Origin: a virus
Taxonomy: Duplodnaviria; Heunggongvirae; Uroviricota; Caudoviricetes
Virus record (IMG/VR): IMGVR_UViG_2565956627_000012
Direction: 5' to 3' (one strand)
DNA: 13,451 nucleotides
Shown: positions 6,802 through 13,451 of the stretch, in pieces
Position numbering within the stretch: the stretch's first letter is position 1
How the letters are laid out: each line of letters opens with the position of its first letter
Notes under the pieces: model-generated
What the model was told of the DNA's origin: nothing
Databases searched by the model: none
The model's input: the letters and a program-made list of their open reading frames with translations, nothing else
Position numbers and translations under genes: made by a program

Positions 6802-7974
6802 ATGCCGAGAATTATCGAATTGCGCCAGCAGAAAACCGCCATCAAAAATCAGATGCGCGACATGCTGGAGAACGCGGAAAAAGAAAACCGCAGCCTTAAC
6901 GACGCCGAGGGCGCAAAATTTGACGAATTACGCGCTAAAGCTGAATCCCTCGATAAAGACATTTCCCGCCTTGAAGCCGTTGCCGACGAAGAGCGCAGCA
7001 AGCCAGGTAAAGCCAGCCAGACCACTGACCCCGCAGAACTTCGCAACTACATCGTAACGGGTGACGTTCGCTCATTATCCACCACCACCAACGGCGGCAA
7101 GGACGGTGGTTATACCGTTATCCCTGAGCTTGATCGCGAGGTTATGCGGTTACTGAGTGATGAAAGCGTCATGCGAATGATTGCGACCGTGAAAACGGCG
7201 AAATCAAACGAATATCAGAAACTGGTTTCCACAGGTGGCGCGGCTGTAAATTATGGAACCGAGGGCAGCAAGCGTAACGAAACCAACACCCCGAAAGTTG
7301 AGCGCGTAAGCATCAAACTTAACCCGATCTATGCCTACCCGAAAACCACACAGGAAATTCTGGATTTTTCAGAGGTGGACGTACTGGGCTGGTTATCGTC
7401 TGAAATCGCCGATACGTTCGCCACGACCGAAGAAGATGATTTTGTAAATGGTAATGGTACTGGCAAGCCGAAAGGTTTCCTGAGTTACAACCGAGATCTA
7501 ACCAACGACAAAACCCGCGCCTTTGGCACCATTGAAAAAATGGTAGCAGCAGCCGAAGCCGCCATTACAGCGGACGAACTGATCGACATCCTCTACAAGC
7601 TGAAAGCGAAATACCGTAAGAACGCCGTATGGGTGATGAACTCGAGCACAGCGGCAGCATTGCAGAAGCTGAAAAACCAGATCGGTGATTACGTATGGCG
7701 TGACAGCCTCAAAGAGGGCGCACCTGACACATTGCTGGGCCGTCCTGTTTATTACCTGGAAAGTATGCCGGACATCGGCAAAGGCAAAACGCCGCTGGCT
7801 GTCGGTGACTTTAAGCGCGGTTATTTCATCGTTGACCATGAAACGGGTATTCGTACCCGACCGGACAACATTACAGAGCCGGGTTTCTACAAGGTACACA
7901 CGGACAAATACATCGGCGGCGGGGTTGTTGACTCCCGCGCGATAAAAGTCCTCGAGATGAAAAACGGCGGTTAA
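6802..7974 (+). CDS. Major capsid protein, HK97 family, with N-terminal coiled-coil delta (scaffold-like) domain
   Basis: 390 aa from the ATG at 6802; the six-frame ORF starts at an upstream TTG. The N-terminal roughly 100 aa is charged and helical (delta-domain-like). The remainder has HK97-fold MCP character. No separate scaffold gene is present, consistent with HK97-type assembly. Confidence 0.85.
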   Translation: MPRIIELRQQKTAIKNQMRDMLENAEKENRSLNDAEGAKFDELRAKAESLDKDISRLEAVADEERSKPGKASQTTDPAELRNYIVTGDVRSLSTTTNGGKDGGYTVIPELDREVMRLLSDESVMRMIATVKTAKSNEYQKLVSTGGAAVNYGTEGSKRNETNTPKVERVSIKLNPIYAYPKTTQEILDFSEVDVLGWLSSEIADTFATTEEDDFVNGNGTGKPKGFLSYNRDLTNDKTRAFGTIEKMVAAAEAAITADELIDILYKLKAKYRKNAVWVMNSSTAAALQKLKNQIGDYVWRDSLKEGAPDTLLGRPVYYLESMPDIGKGKTPLAVGDFKRGYFIVDHETGIRTRPDNITEPGFYKVHTDKYIGGGVVDSRAIKVLEMKNGG

Positions 7975-7982
7975 CAGAAAAA

Positions 7983-8009
7983 GGGGCTAAAAAGCCCCTT
8001 TGGTGTTTT
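7983..8009 (+). terminator. Putative intrinsic terminator/attenuator between capsid and protease genes
   Basis: GGGGCT-AAAA-AGCCCC hairpin at 7983-7998 followed by the T-rich TTTGGTGTTTT. The 6-bp stem is short, so termination is probably partial. Confidence 0.45.
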
Positions 8010-8585
8010 ATGGGTGAAAAAAATATGAAAAAGAGCATGGAAATCCGGTCATCAGAAATCACCACCAGCGGAGCCAGTACGCTGACGGGTTACGTTGTTC
8101 GCTGGAATAACCTTTCTGATCTGCTATGGGGTGAGTTTTACGAAAAATTCCAGCGGGGGGCGTTCAGTGAGTGGCTGGCGGCGGGTAATGACGTTCGCGG
8201 CCTGTATGAGCACGACCACAGCATGTTACTGGGGCGTACCCGTTCCGGTACGCTGAAACTGGAAGAGGATGAAACAGGGTTACGCTTTGAACTGACCCCA
8301 CCGGATACCAGTACAGGGCGGGACGTTATCGAACTGGTTAAGCGTGGTGATATCTCGGGGATGAGCTTTGGCTTTCGTTCCCGTAAGGATGTATGGGATA
8401 CCACAACAGATCCATGCGTGCGCACCGTGCTGGTGGCGGAACTGTACGAAATTACCGTTACATCCGTACCGGCTTACCCTGATTCCGGCGTGGATCTGGC
8501 CCGCCGTTCCCTGTATGAGCAGCACCCCGAAAAAATGCCACGCGCGGATAATCGCCGCTGGTGGGCGGATTTAGCGGGGGTGTGA
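8010..8585 (+). CDS. Prohead maturation protease (HK97 family, peptidase S78/U35-like)
   Basis: 191 aa. A candidate catalytic His lies in 'LYEHDHS' and a candidate Ser in 'DISGMSFGF'. An alternative start ATG at 8025 has a better-spaced GGTGA. Its stop is followed 2 nt later by the portal start. Confidence 0.85.
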   Translation: MGEKNMKKSMEIRSSEITTSGASTLTGYVVRWNNLSDLLWGEFYEKFQRGAFSEWLAAGNDVRGLYEHDHSMLLGRTRSGTLKLEEDETGLRFELTPPDTSTGRDVIELVKRGDISGMSFGFRSRKDVWDTTTDPCVRTVLVAELYEITVTSVPAYPDSGVDLARRSLYEQHPEKMPRADNRRWWADLAGV

Positions 8586-8586
8586 T

Positions 8587-9801
8587 ATGTGGCCTTTCAG
8601 ACGAAAACAAGAGCATCGCAGCATGACGCTGGATGAATTTATGGCGCTGGCTGGCACATCGAACACGGGGGCGGGTGAGTACGTATCATCGGGGACAGCG
8701 GAATCACTCCCCGCCGTCATGAACGCCGTCACGGTCATCTCTGAGGCGGTGGCTACTATGCCATGCTACCTGTACCTGGTACGCAATGAGAAGGGGAAGG
8801 AGGCCCGCGAGTGGCTTGATTCTCATCCGGTCGATCATATCCTCAACGAGCGCCCGAACGCGTGGCAGACGCCCTATCAGTTTAAGCGAATGATGGTCCG
8901 CCACTGCCTGTTAAACGGTAATGCTTATGCGGTGATTCAGTGGGGGCGTGATGGTTTTCCGGTGGCTTTGCACCCTTACCCGCCGCAGTCGGTGAATGTT
9001 GAGCAGACAGGGGAACATAACTGGCGTTACCGCATCACTGACGCTTACAGCGGAAACACCCGCAACTATTTACCGTGGGAGGTTCTCCACCTTCGTTACT
9101 CCACGGATGACGGCTTTATGGGGCGCTCACCTGTGACCATCTGCCGCGAATCGCTGGGGCTTGGGCTGGCCCAACAGCGCCACGGCGCGAGCGTGATGCG
9201 TGATGGCATGATGGCAGCAGGGGTTATCACGTCAGGCGAATGGCTGGACGGCGTGAAGGGCAAACAGGCATTAGCCGCACTGGAACGCTACAAAGGAGCC
9301 AGAAACGCCGGAAAAACGCCCATTCTTGAAGGGGGTATGAGCTATCAGCGGCTTGGCATGAGTAACCAGGATGCTGAATGGCTGGCCTCCCGTCGCTTCA
9401 CCATTGAAGACATCGCCCGAATGTTCAACGTCTCGCCGATTTTTCTGCAGGAATACAGCAACAGCACCTACAGCAATTTCAGCGAGGCAAGCCGCGCATT
9501 TCTCACCATGACGATGCGCCCGTGGCTGGCGAACTTTGAGCAGCAGATAAAAAATGCTTTGCTGGTGGCCTCGCCTGTACCTGGTATCCGGTATCAGGTG
9601 GAGTTTGACAGCGCGGACCTGTTACGGGCCACACCTGGCGAACGCTTTGCCACCTATGAACGCGGCATCAAGTCCGGCGTTATGTGCCCGAACGAAGCCC
9701 GCGAACGTGAGGGATTATCGCCGCGTGATGGTGGCGATGAGTTCAGCCAGGCCTGGAAACAGGAGATCGAAGTAAAGGATGATAAAGAGGGCAAATCATG
9801 A
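8587..9801 (+). CDS. Portal protein (HK97-family-like)
   Basis: 404 aa. Size, position and sequence character fit a portal (for example 'FTIEDIARMFNVSPIFLQEYSNSTYSNFSEASRAFLTMTMRPW'). The stop overlaps the next start. Confidence 0.8.
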   Translation: MWPFRRKQEHRSMTLDEFMALAGTSNTGAGEYVSSGTAESLPAVMNAVTVISEAVATMPCYLYLVRNEKGKEAREWLDSHPVDHILNERPNAWQTPYQFKRMMVRHCLLNGNAYAVIQWGRDGFPVALHPYPPQSVNVEQTGEHNWRYRITDAYSGNTRNYLPWEVLHLRYSTDDGFMGRSPVTICRESLGLGLAQQRHGASVMRDGMMAAGVITSGEWLDGVKGKQALAALERYKGARNAGKTPILEGGMSYQRLGMSNQDAEWLASRRFTIEDIARMFNVSPIFLQEYSNSTYSNFSEASRAFLTMTMRPWLANFEQQIKNALLVASPVPGIRYQVEFDSADLLRATPGERFATYERGIKSGVMCPNEAREREGLSPRDGGDEFSQAWKQEIEVKDDKEGKS

Positions 9802-10136
9802 GAGCGGGGAGCATGAGGGATCGCATTGTCATCATGAGCGCGAAACTTTCCCGCCTCCCTTCCGGTGCAATGAAAAGCACATGGGAGGATGTTGCCACCG
9901 TATGGGCGGAGGTGAAAGGGATCAGCGGACGGGAACGCATGACCGCAGGTGCAGAAACGGCACAGGCAACCGTAAGAGTCTGGATCCGTTTTCGTGTGGA
10001 TGTTACGGCATCCAGCCGGATACGGGTACTCACGGGGGCTTATTCCGGCAATGAGCTTGATATTGTTGGCCCCCCCGTTCCCGACGGTAAAAGGACTCGT
10101 CTGGAAATTCTTTGTAAAACAGGTGCGCCACGATGA
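9798..10136 (+). CDS. Head-tail adaptor / head closure protein (Phage_H_T_join-like)
   Basis: 112 aa. Pattern 'DRIVI...W.DVATVWAEVKGISGRE...A....ATVRVWIRFRVDVT...RI......LDIV......G.RTRLEILC' matches the head-tail joining family as recalled. Start is translationally coupled (ATGA overlap). Confidence 0.65.
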   Translation: MRAGSMRDRIVIMSAKLSRLPSGAMKSTWEDVATVWAEVKGISGRERMTAGAETAQATVRVWIRFRVDVTASSRIRVLTGAYSGNELDIVGPPVPDGKRTRLEILCKTGAPR

Positions 10137-10429
10137 CAGCAGAATTAATCACCCTGGAAGAAGTGAAACTCCATTGCCGCATTGATGGCAATGAGGAAGA
10201 CCAGTTAATCAGCGGATACATCGCCGCCGCGCTTGAGGTGTGCCAGAAACACATCGGCAGGCGCTTTGATGACGGGCTGGAGTTCACGCCAGCCATAAAG
10301 ATTGGCTGCATGATGTACGTGTCGCAACTGTACGAATACAGGGCCACGGTCGGGGATGGAGACACAAAAGAAATCCCGCTGGCTGTAGGGATGCTCTGGT
10401 CGGTTTATCGTGATGTGGGGGTGTACTGA
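10133..10429 (+). CDS. gp6-like head-tail connector protein
   Basis: 98 aa. The N-terminal 'ITLEEVKLHCRIDGNEEDQLISGYIAAALEVCQ' matches the gp6-like connector family pattern (L.E.K.H.R.D...ED.LI...I.AA). Overlapping start/stop with both neighbours. Confidence 0.7.
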   Translation: MTAELITLEEVKLHCRIDGNEEDQLISGYIAAALEVCQKHIGRRFDDGLEFTPAIKIGCMMYVSQLYEYRATVGDGDTKEIPLAVGMLWSVYRDVGVY

Positions 10430-10869
10430 TGCCGTGGCAACCATTAAGACGATGCACAGAACCAGGCTGTAACAGGCGCGTTAAATCCGGCAAGTGTGAG
10501 GAGCACAGGCGGGCGGCATGGCGTGCAGAGGATGCCAGACGAGGACACCGCCGCGCGCGTGGGTACTCCAGACAGTGGGACAAATACCGCGCCATGTATC
10601 TGAGTAAAAATCCGTTATGCGTGCGATGCCTTGAGAAGGGGATATATACGCCCGCCGTGGTGGTGGATCACATTATCCCGATTAATGGCGGTGATGATGT
10701 TCTCTTCTGGCCCGAATGGAACCATCAACCATTGTGTCAGGCGTGTCATAACCAGAAAACGAAATGGCTTGATCCGGCAACAAAAAGCAAGCGTGCCGCA
10801 GGTGGATTTCGTGAAGAGGAAGAACGGGCCGCTAACCGCAATAACTGGATGTATGACGCTGATGAATGA
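10429..10869 (+). CDS. HNH endonuclease (terminase-associated, cos-phage type)
   Basis: 146 aa. An N-terminal Cys cluster 'CTEPGCNRRVKSGKCEEH' is followed by the HNH core 'VDHIIPINGGDD...NHQPLCQACHNQKT'. It sits directly upstream of the terminase genes, as in HK97-like cos phages. Confidence 0.85.
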   Translation: MPWQPLRRCTEPGCNRRVKSGKCEEHRRAAWRAEDARRGHRRARGYSRQWDKYRAMYLSKNPLCVRCLEKGIYTPAVVVDHIIPINGGDDVLFWPEWNHQPLCQACHNQKTKWLDPATKSKRAAGGFREEEERAANRNNWMYDADE

Positions 10870-11035
10870 GCGGGAACAAAACCGCCTTATCCGTGGACTT
10901 ATAAGGCAGCGTGACGCATGGAAGACACAGGAAACAGGGCATAAAGATAAAGCGTCAGGACGCGCAGAACGCATCACAGCGAAGCGATTAACCGACCGTG
11001 ACCGCGAGGTTATGGAATGTTTCCGCAATCGCTGA
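10862..11035 (+). CDS. Possible small basic ORF (57 aa) between HNH and terS; uncertain
   Basis: ATG at 10862 overlaps the HNH 3' end. The product is Arg/Lys-rich ('MNEREQNRLIRGLIRQRDAWK...'). No convincing RBS. It is the only candidate filling the 290-bp gap. Confidence 0.25.
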   Translation: MNEREQNRLIRGLIRQRDAWKTQETGHKDKASGRAERITAKRLTDRDREVMECFRNR

Positions 11036-11044
11036 TGAGGCTGT

Positions 11045-11075
11045 ATGACGGGGTGGGGGGGGCGTTTTCAGGACA
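11045..11075. other. Putative cos (cohesive-end) region
   Basis: G-rich block ACGGGGTGGGGGGGGCGTTTTC (11048-11069) in the HNH-terS gap. It resembles lambdoid cosN-proximal sequence (ACGGGGCGGCGACCTCGCGGGTTTTCGC) as recalled. Location is typical for cos in HNH-dependent packaging systems. Confidence 0.3.
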
Positions 11076-11159
11076 AACCCGACCCCGCCGGGCACCGAAC
11101 GCCTCCTCAAATTTTTATGCACGGGAATTTTTTGAAAAATAATCTGACGAAAAATAAGC

Positions 11160-11516
11160 ATGGCAAGACCACCGAAAGCCCCCGCCTACCTGGATGATAT
11201 CGCCGTGAAGCAGTGGCGGGAAAAATCGCGGCAGCTTGCGGAACGGGGAGACCTGACCCCCGCCGACTGGAGCAATCTGGAACTGTATTGCGTCAACTAC
11301 TCCATTTACCGGAAAGCCGTTGCAGACCTTGCGGCGCGCGGGTTCAGCATTGTTAACAGTCAGGGCGGCGAGAGCAGAAACCCCGCATTAAGCGCAAAAT
11401 CCGACGCTGAAAGAGTGATGATAAAAATGGCCTCCTTGCTCGGTTTTGACCCGATAAGCCGCCGTAAAAATCCACCGGAAACAGAAGAAGAGGACGAGCT
11501 TGACCGCCTGGAATAA
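11160..11516 (+). CDS. terS: Terminase small subunit (P27 family-like)
   Basis: 118 aa. The pattern 'W.NLELYCVNYSIYRKAVADLAARGFSI...G..RNPA....SDAERVMIKMASLLGFDPISRRK' matches the P27-family TerS signature as recalled. It lies directly upstream of terL and overlaps it. Confidence 0.8.
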   Translation: MARPPKAPAYLDDIAVKQWREKSRQLAERGDLTPADWSNLELYCVNYSIYRKAVADLAARGFSIVNSQGGESRNPALSAKSDAERVMIKMASLLGFDPISRRKNPPETEEEDELDRLE

Positions 11517-13161
11517 GTACGCAGAAGACGTAAAAACGGGCAAAATTCCGGCCTGTAAACGGTTAAAACAGGCTGTTAAACGGTACTTTTCGGACCTTAA
11601 AAGCCCCCTTTACACGTTCGATCGTGAGGTTGTGGAGCGGTTTATTGCCTTTTCCAGGGTGTGCCCGCACGTAAAAGGACCGATGCGTGGCAGACCCATT
11701 GAGCTGGAGCCGTGGCAGCAGTTCGCCTTTGCGTGCATCCTCGGCTTTAAGGTTAAGGCCACCGGACGGCGCAAATACACGAGCGCCTTTATCGAAGTGC
11801 CGCGCAAAAATGCGAAATCCACGACCGCCGCGATTCTGGCTAACTGGTTTCTGATTATGGAGAACGGTCAGCAGGATATCTACACCGCAGCGGTGAGCCG
11901 TGACCAGGCGCGGATCGTCTTTGATGATGCGCGTCAGATGTGCCTTTTATCCCGACCGTTACGCAGGCGGGTGAATATTCAGGCGCATAAGGTGATACAC
12001 CCGAAAACCAACAGCCTGTTAAAGCCACTGGCAGCAAAAGCGGCAACCATTGAGGGGACAAACCCGAGTCTTGCCATTGTGGATGAATATCACCTGCACC
12101 CAGACAACGGGGTTTATTCCGCACTTGATATGGGGATGGGCGCACGTCCCGAAGGGCTGTTATTTGCCATTACCACATCGGGCAGTAACGTCGTTTCAGC
12201 CTGTAAGCAGCACTATGATTATTGCTGCCAGATCCTGGACGGCGAAGAGGTCAACGATTCAATTTTTGTACTGATTTACGAACTGGACGACGAAAACGAG
12301 GTTGATGATCCGGCGATGTGGATAAAGGCTAACCCTAACATCGATGTTTCCGTCGATCGTGAAAAACTGGCCTCAACCATCCAGAAAGCGCGGGGTATTC
12401 CGTCGCAATGGGTGGAAATGCTCACCAAGCGATTCAATATCTGGTGTCAGGGGGCTACGCCGTGGATGGGTAACGGTGCATGGGCGGAGTGTGCCGGAAC
12501 GTTCGCGGAGGCGGATTTATACGGGCAGGAGTGCTACGCGGGGCTGGACTTATCATCAACCAGCGATATTTCCAGCGTGTGCTATGCCTTCCCGGTCGGT
12601 AAAAAGATTATGCTGGTTTCCCGTCACTATCTGCCGGAATTTCAGCTACAGAATCCCGCCAATAAAAACCGCGCCATCTATCGCCAGTGGGTAAAGGCGG
12701 GCTGGATACGCACAACACCGGGTGACTGCATTGATTATGACCGTATCCGTGATGACATCATGGCGGATGCAGAGAATTTCAATATCAGGCTGGTGGGCTT
12801 CGATACATGGAACGCCACGCACCTGAGGACGCAGTTACAGGGCGCAGGATTTGAGGTGGAGCCGTTCCCGCAAACCTACCTCAGATTCAGTCCGGCGGCG
12901 AAATCGTTCGAAGTTTTTGTTAACCGGAAGGTGATTGTGCATCGTGGTGATCCGGTGCTGGCCTGGTCAATGAGTAATGTTGTGATGCAGAGTGACGCGA
13001 ACGCCAATATCAAGCCGAACAAGAAAAAATCATCCAACAAGATAGACCCGAGCGTTGCGGCGCTGATGGCGTTTGGCACATTCCAGGCAGAGCACGAGGA
13101 CTTTGCATTCGATATGAGCGACAGCCACAAAGAGCGGCTTGCGGCGTTTGATGGGGTATGA
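11500..13161 (+). CDS. terL: Terminase large subunit (Terminase_1-like ATPase plus nuclease)
   Basis: 553 aa. Conserved N-terminal block 'WNKYAEDVKTGKIPACKRLKQAVKRYFSDL...YTFD'. A P-loop-like 'VPRKNAKSTTAA' and Walker B-like 'LAIVDEYHL' are present. The apparent start is TTG at 11500, with GAGGA 5 nt upstream, overlapping the terS 3' end. Confidence 0.9.
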   Translation: MTAWNKYAEDVKTGKIPACKRLKQAVKRYFSDLKSPLYTFDREVVERFIAFSRVCPHVKGPMRGRPIELEPWQQFAFACILGFKVKATGRRKYTSAFIEVPRKNAKSTTAAILANWFLIMENGQQDIYTAAVSRDQARIVFDDARQMCLLSRPLRRRVNIQAHKVIHPKTNSLLKPLAAKAATIEGTNPSLAIVDEYHLHPDNGVYSALDMGMGARPEGLLFAITTSGSNVVSACKQHYDYCCQILDGEEVNDSIFVLIYELDDENEVDDPAMWIKANPNIDVSVDREKLASTIQKARGIPSQWVEMLTKRFNIWCQGATPWMGNGAWAECAGTFAEADLYGQECYAGLDLSSTSDISSVCYAFPVGKKIMLVSRHYLPEFQLQNPANKNRAIYRQWVKAGWIRTTPGDCIDYDRIRDDIMADAENFNIRLVGFDTWNATHLRTQLQGAGFEVEPFPQTYLRFSPAAKSFEVFVNRKVIVHRGDPVLAWSMSNVVMQSDANANIKPNKKKSSNKIDPSVAALMAFGTFQAEHEDFAFDMSDSHKERLAAFDGV

Positions 13162-13451
13162 CGAGAATGAGCGAAACCGAACTACTAAAAATAATCCGCC
13201 GTGTTACCGGAGCCAGCCAGACAGCAGACAAACAGGAGGCCACGCAGCCGGACAGCGTGATAGCCGAAAATTACGCGCGTGTGGTGGCTGAGGTGATGCG
13301 CCGTGACGGTATTGAGCTTAACGGCGTGGATATGCGCAACATACGAACCAGAGTCCTTGAGTTGCTGGCATACCGTCGCCGTTCTCAACAACGGAGGGAG
13401 AGCGCGAAAAATACTTATCAGTGGAAGAAGCCGGAACGGTTGCGGCGGTAA
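13158..13451 (+). CDS. Hypothetical protein (97 aa) translationally coupled to terL
   Basis: ATG at 13158 overlaps the terL stop (ATGA); an alternative ATG lies at 13167. The stop TAA is the last three bases of the window. Basic C-terminus; no recognisable motif. Confidence 0.45.
   Translation: MTRMSETELLKIIRRVTGASQTADKQEATQPDSVIAENYARVVAEVMRRDGIELNGVDMRNIRTRVLELLAYRRRSQQRRESAKNTYQWKKPERLRR

Larger units (their letters stand above)
1..13451 (+). mobile_element. Integrative phage-satellite-like island (capsid-forming PICI-like): int, alpA, primase/helicase, ori, head-only morphogenesis genes, HNH, terS, terL; no tail or lysis genes
   Basis: Nearly all supported genes are co-oriented on the + strand. 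Gene content is integrase, AlpA, primase with iterons, HK97-type head genes and terminase. Tail genes are absent between the head adaptors (ending 10429) and HNH/terminase. Element ends are not visible in the window. Confidence 0.6.

Noticed and set aside
6573-7057. Two overlapping + strand ORFs (108 and 158 aa) in the capsid leader and start region
   Set aside because: They overlap each other and the MCP N-terminus in alternate frames, lack RBSs, and have Cys/Ser/Arg-rich products. The real capsid start at 6802 has an upstream AGGA.
7498-8065. Minus-strand ORFs (133 and 64 aa) antisense to the capsid 3' end and protease start
   Set aside because: Antisense shadow frames within well-supported structural genes.
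9994-10595. Several overlapping short ORFs on both strands across the adaptor/HNH genes
   Set aside because: They are alternate-frame or antisense overlaps of tightly coupled, motif-supported CDSs.
1-13451. CRISPR arrays, tRNA/rRNA genes, IS elements with terminal inverted repeats
   Set aside because: No regularly spaced direct repeats, no tRNA-like cloverleaf sequence and no transposase-like ORF were seen on reading. Any tRNA at the attachment site would lie upstream of base 1, outside the window.

Overview
The window reads as one co-oriented mobile island of enterobacterial character, and its layout looks like a tail-less, capsid-forming phage satellite (cf-PICI-like) rather than a prophage. 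All calls are from reading the translations and DNA by eye; no database search was run. Left to right on the + strand: a P4-type tyrosine integrase whose ATG is base 1 (so any att site or tRNA lies outside the window), an AT-rich intergenic region, an AlpA-family regulator, and a short leftward operon (ribbon-helix-helix-like protein plus an arginine-rich micro-protein) with its own terminator and a divergent promoter/operator region. Then come three small translationally coupled ORFs, a primase/helicase with a Walker-A P-loop, an iteron-rich putative origin, an SSB-like protein with the canonical DDIPF tail, and a PerC-like small protein. The right half is an HK97-type head and packaging block in an unusual order: major capsid, prohead protease, portal, two head-tail adaptors, HNH endonuclease, a G-rich cos-like gap, TerS (P27 family) and TerL. 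No tail, baseplate, lysis or phage repressor genes appear anywhere in the window. The least explained parts are the leftward pair at 1971-2381, the 14-bp perfect inverted repeat in the capsid leader, and the small ORFs flanking the replication gene.
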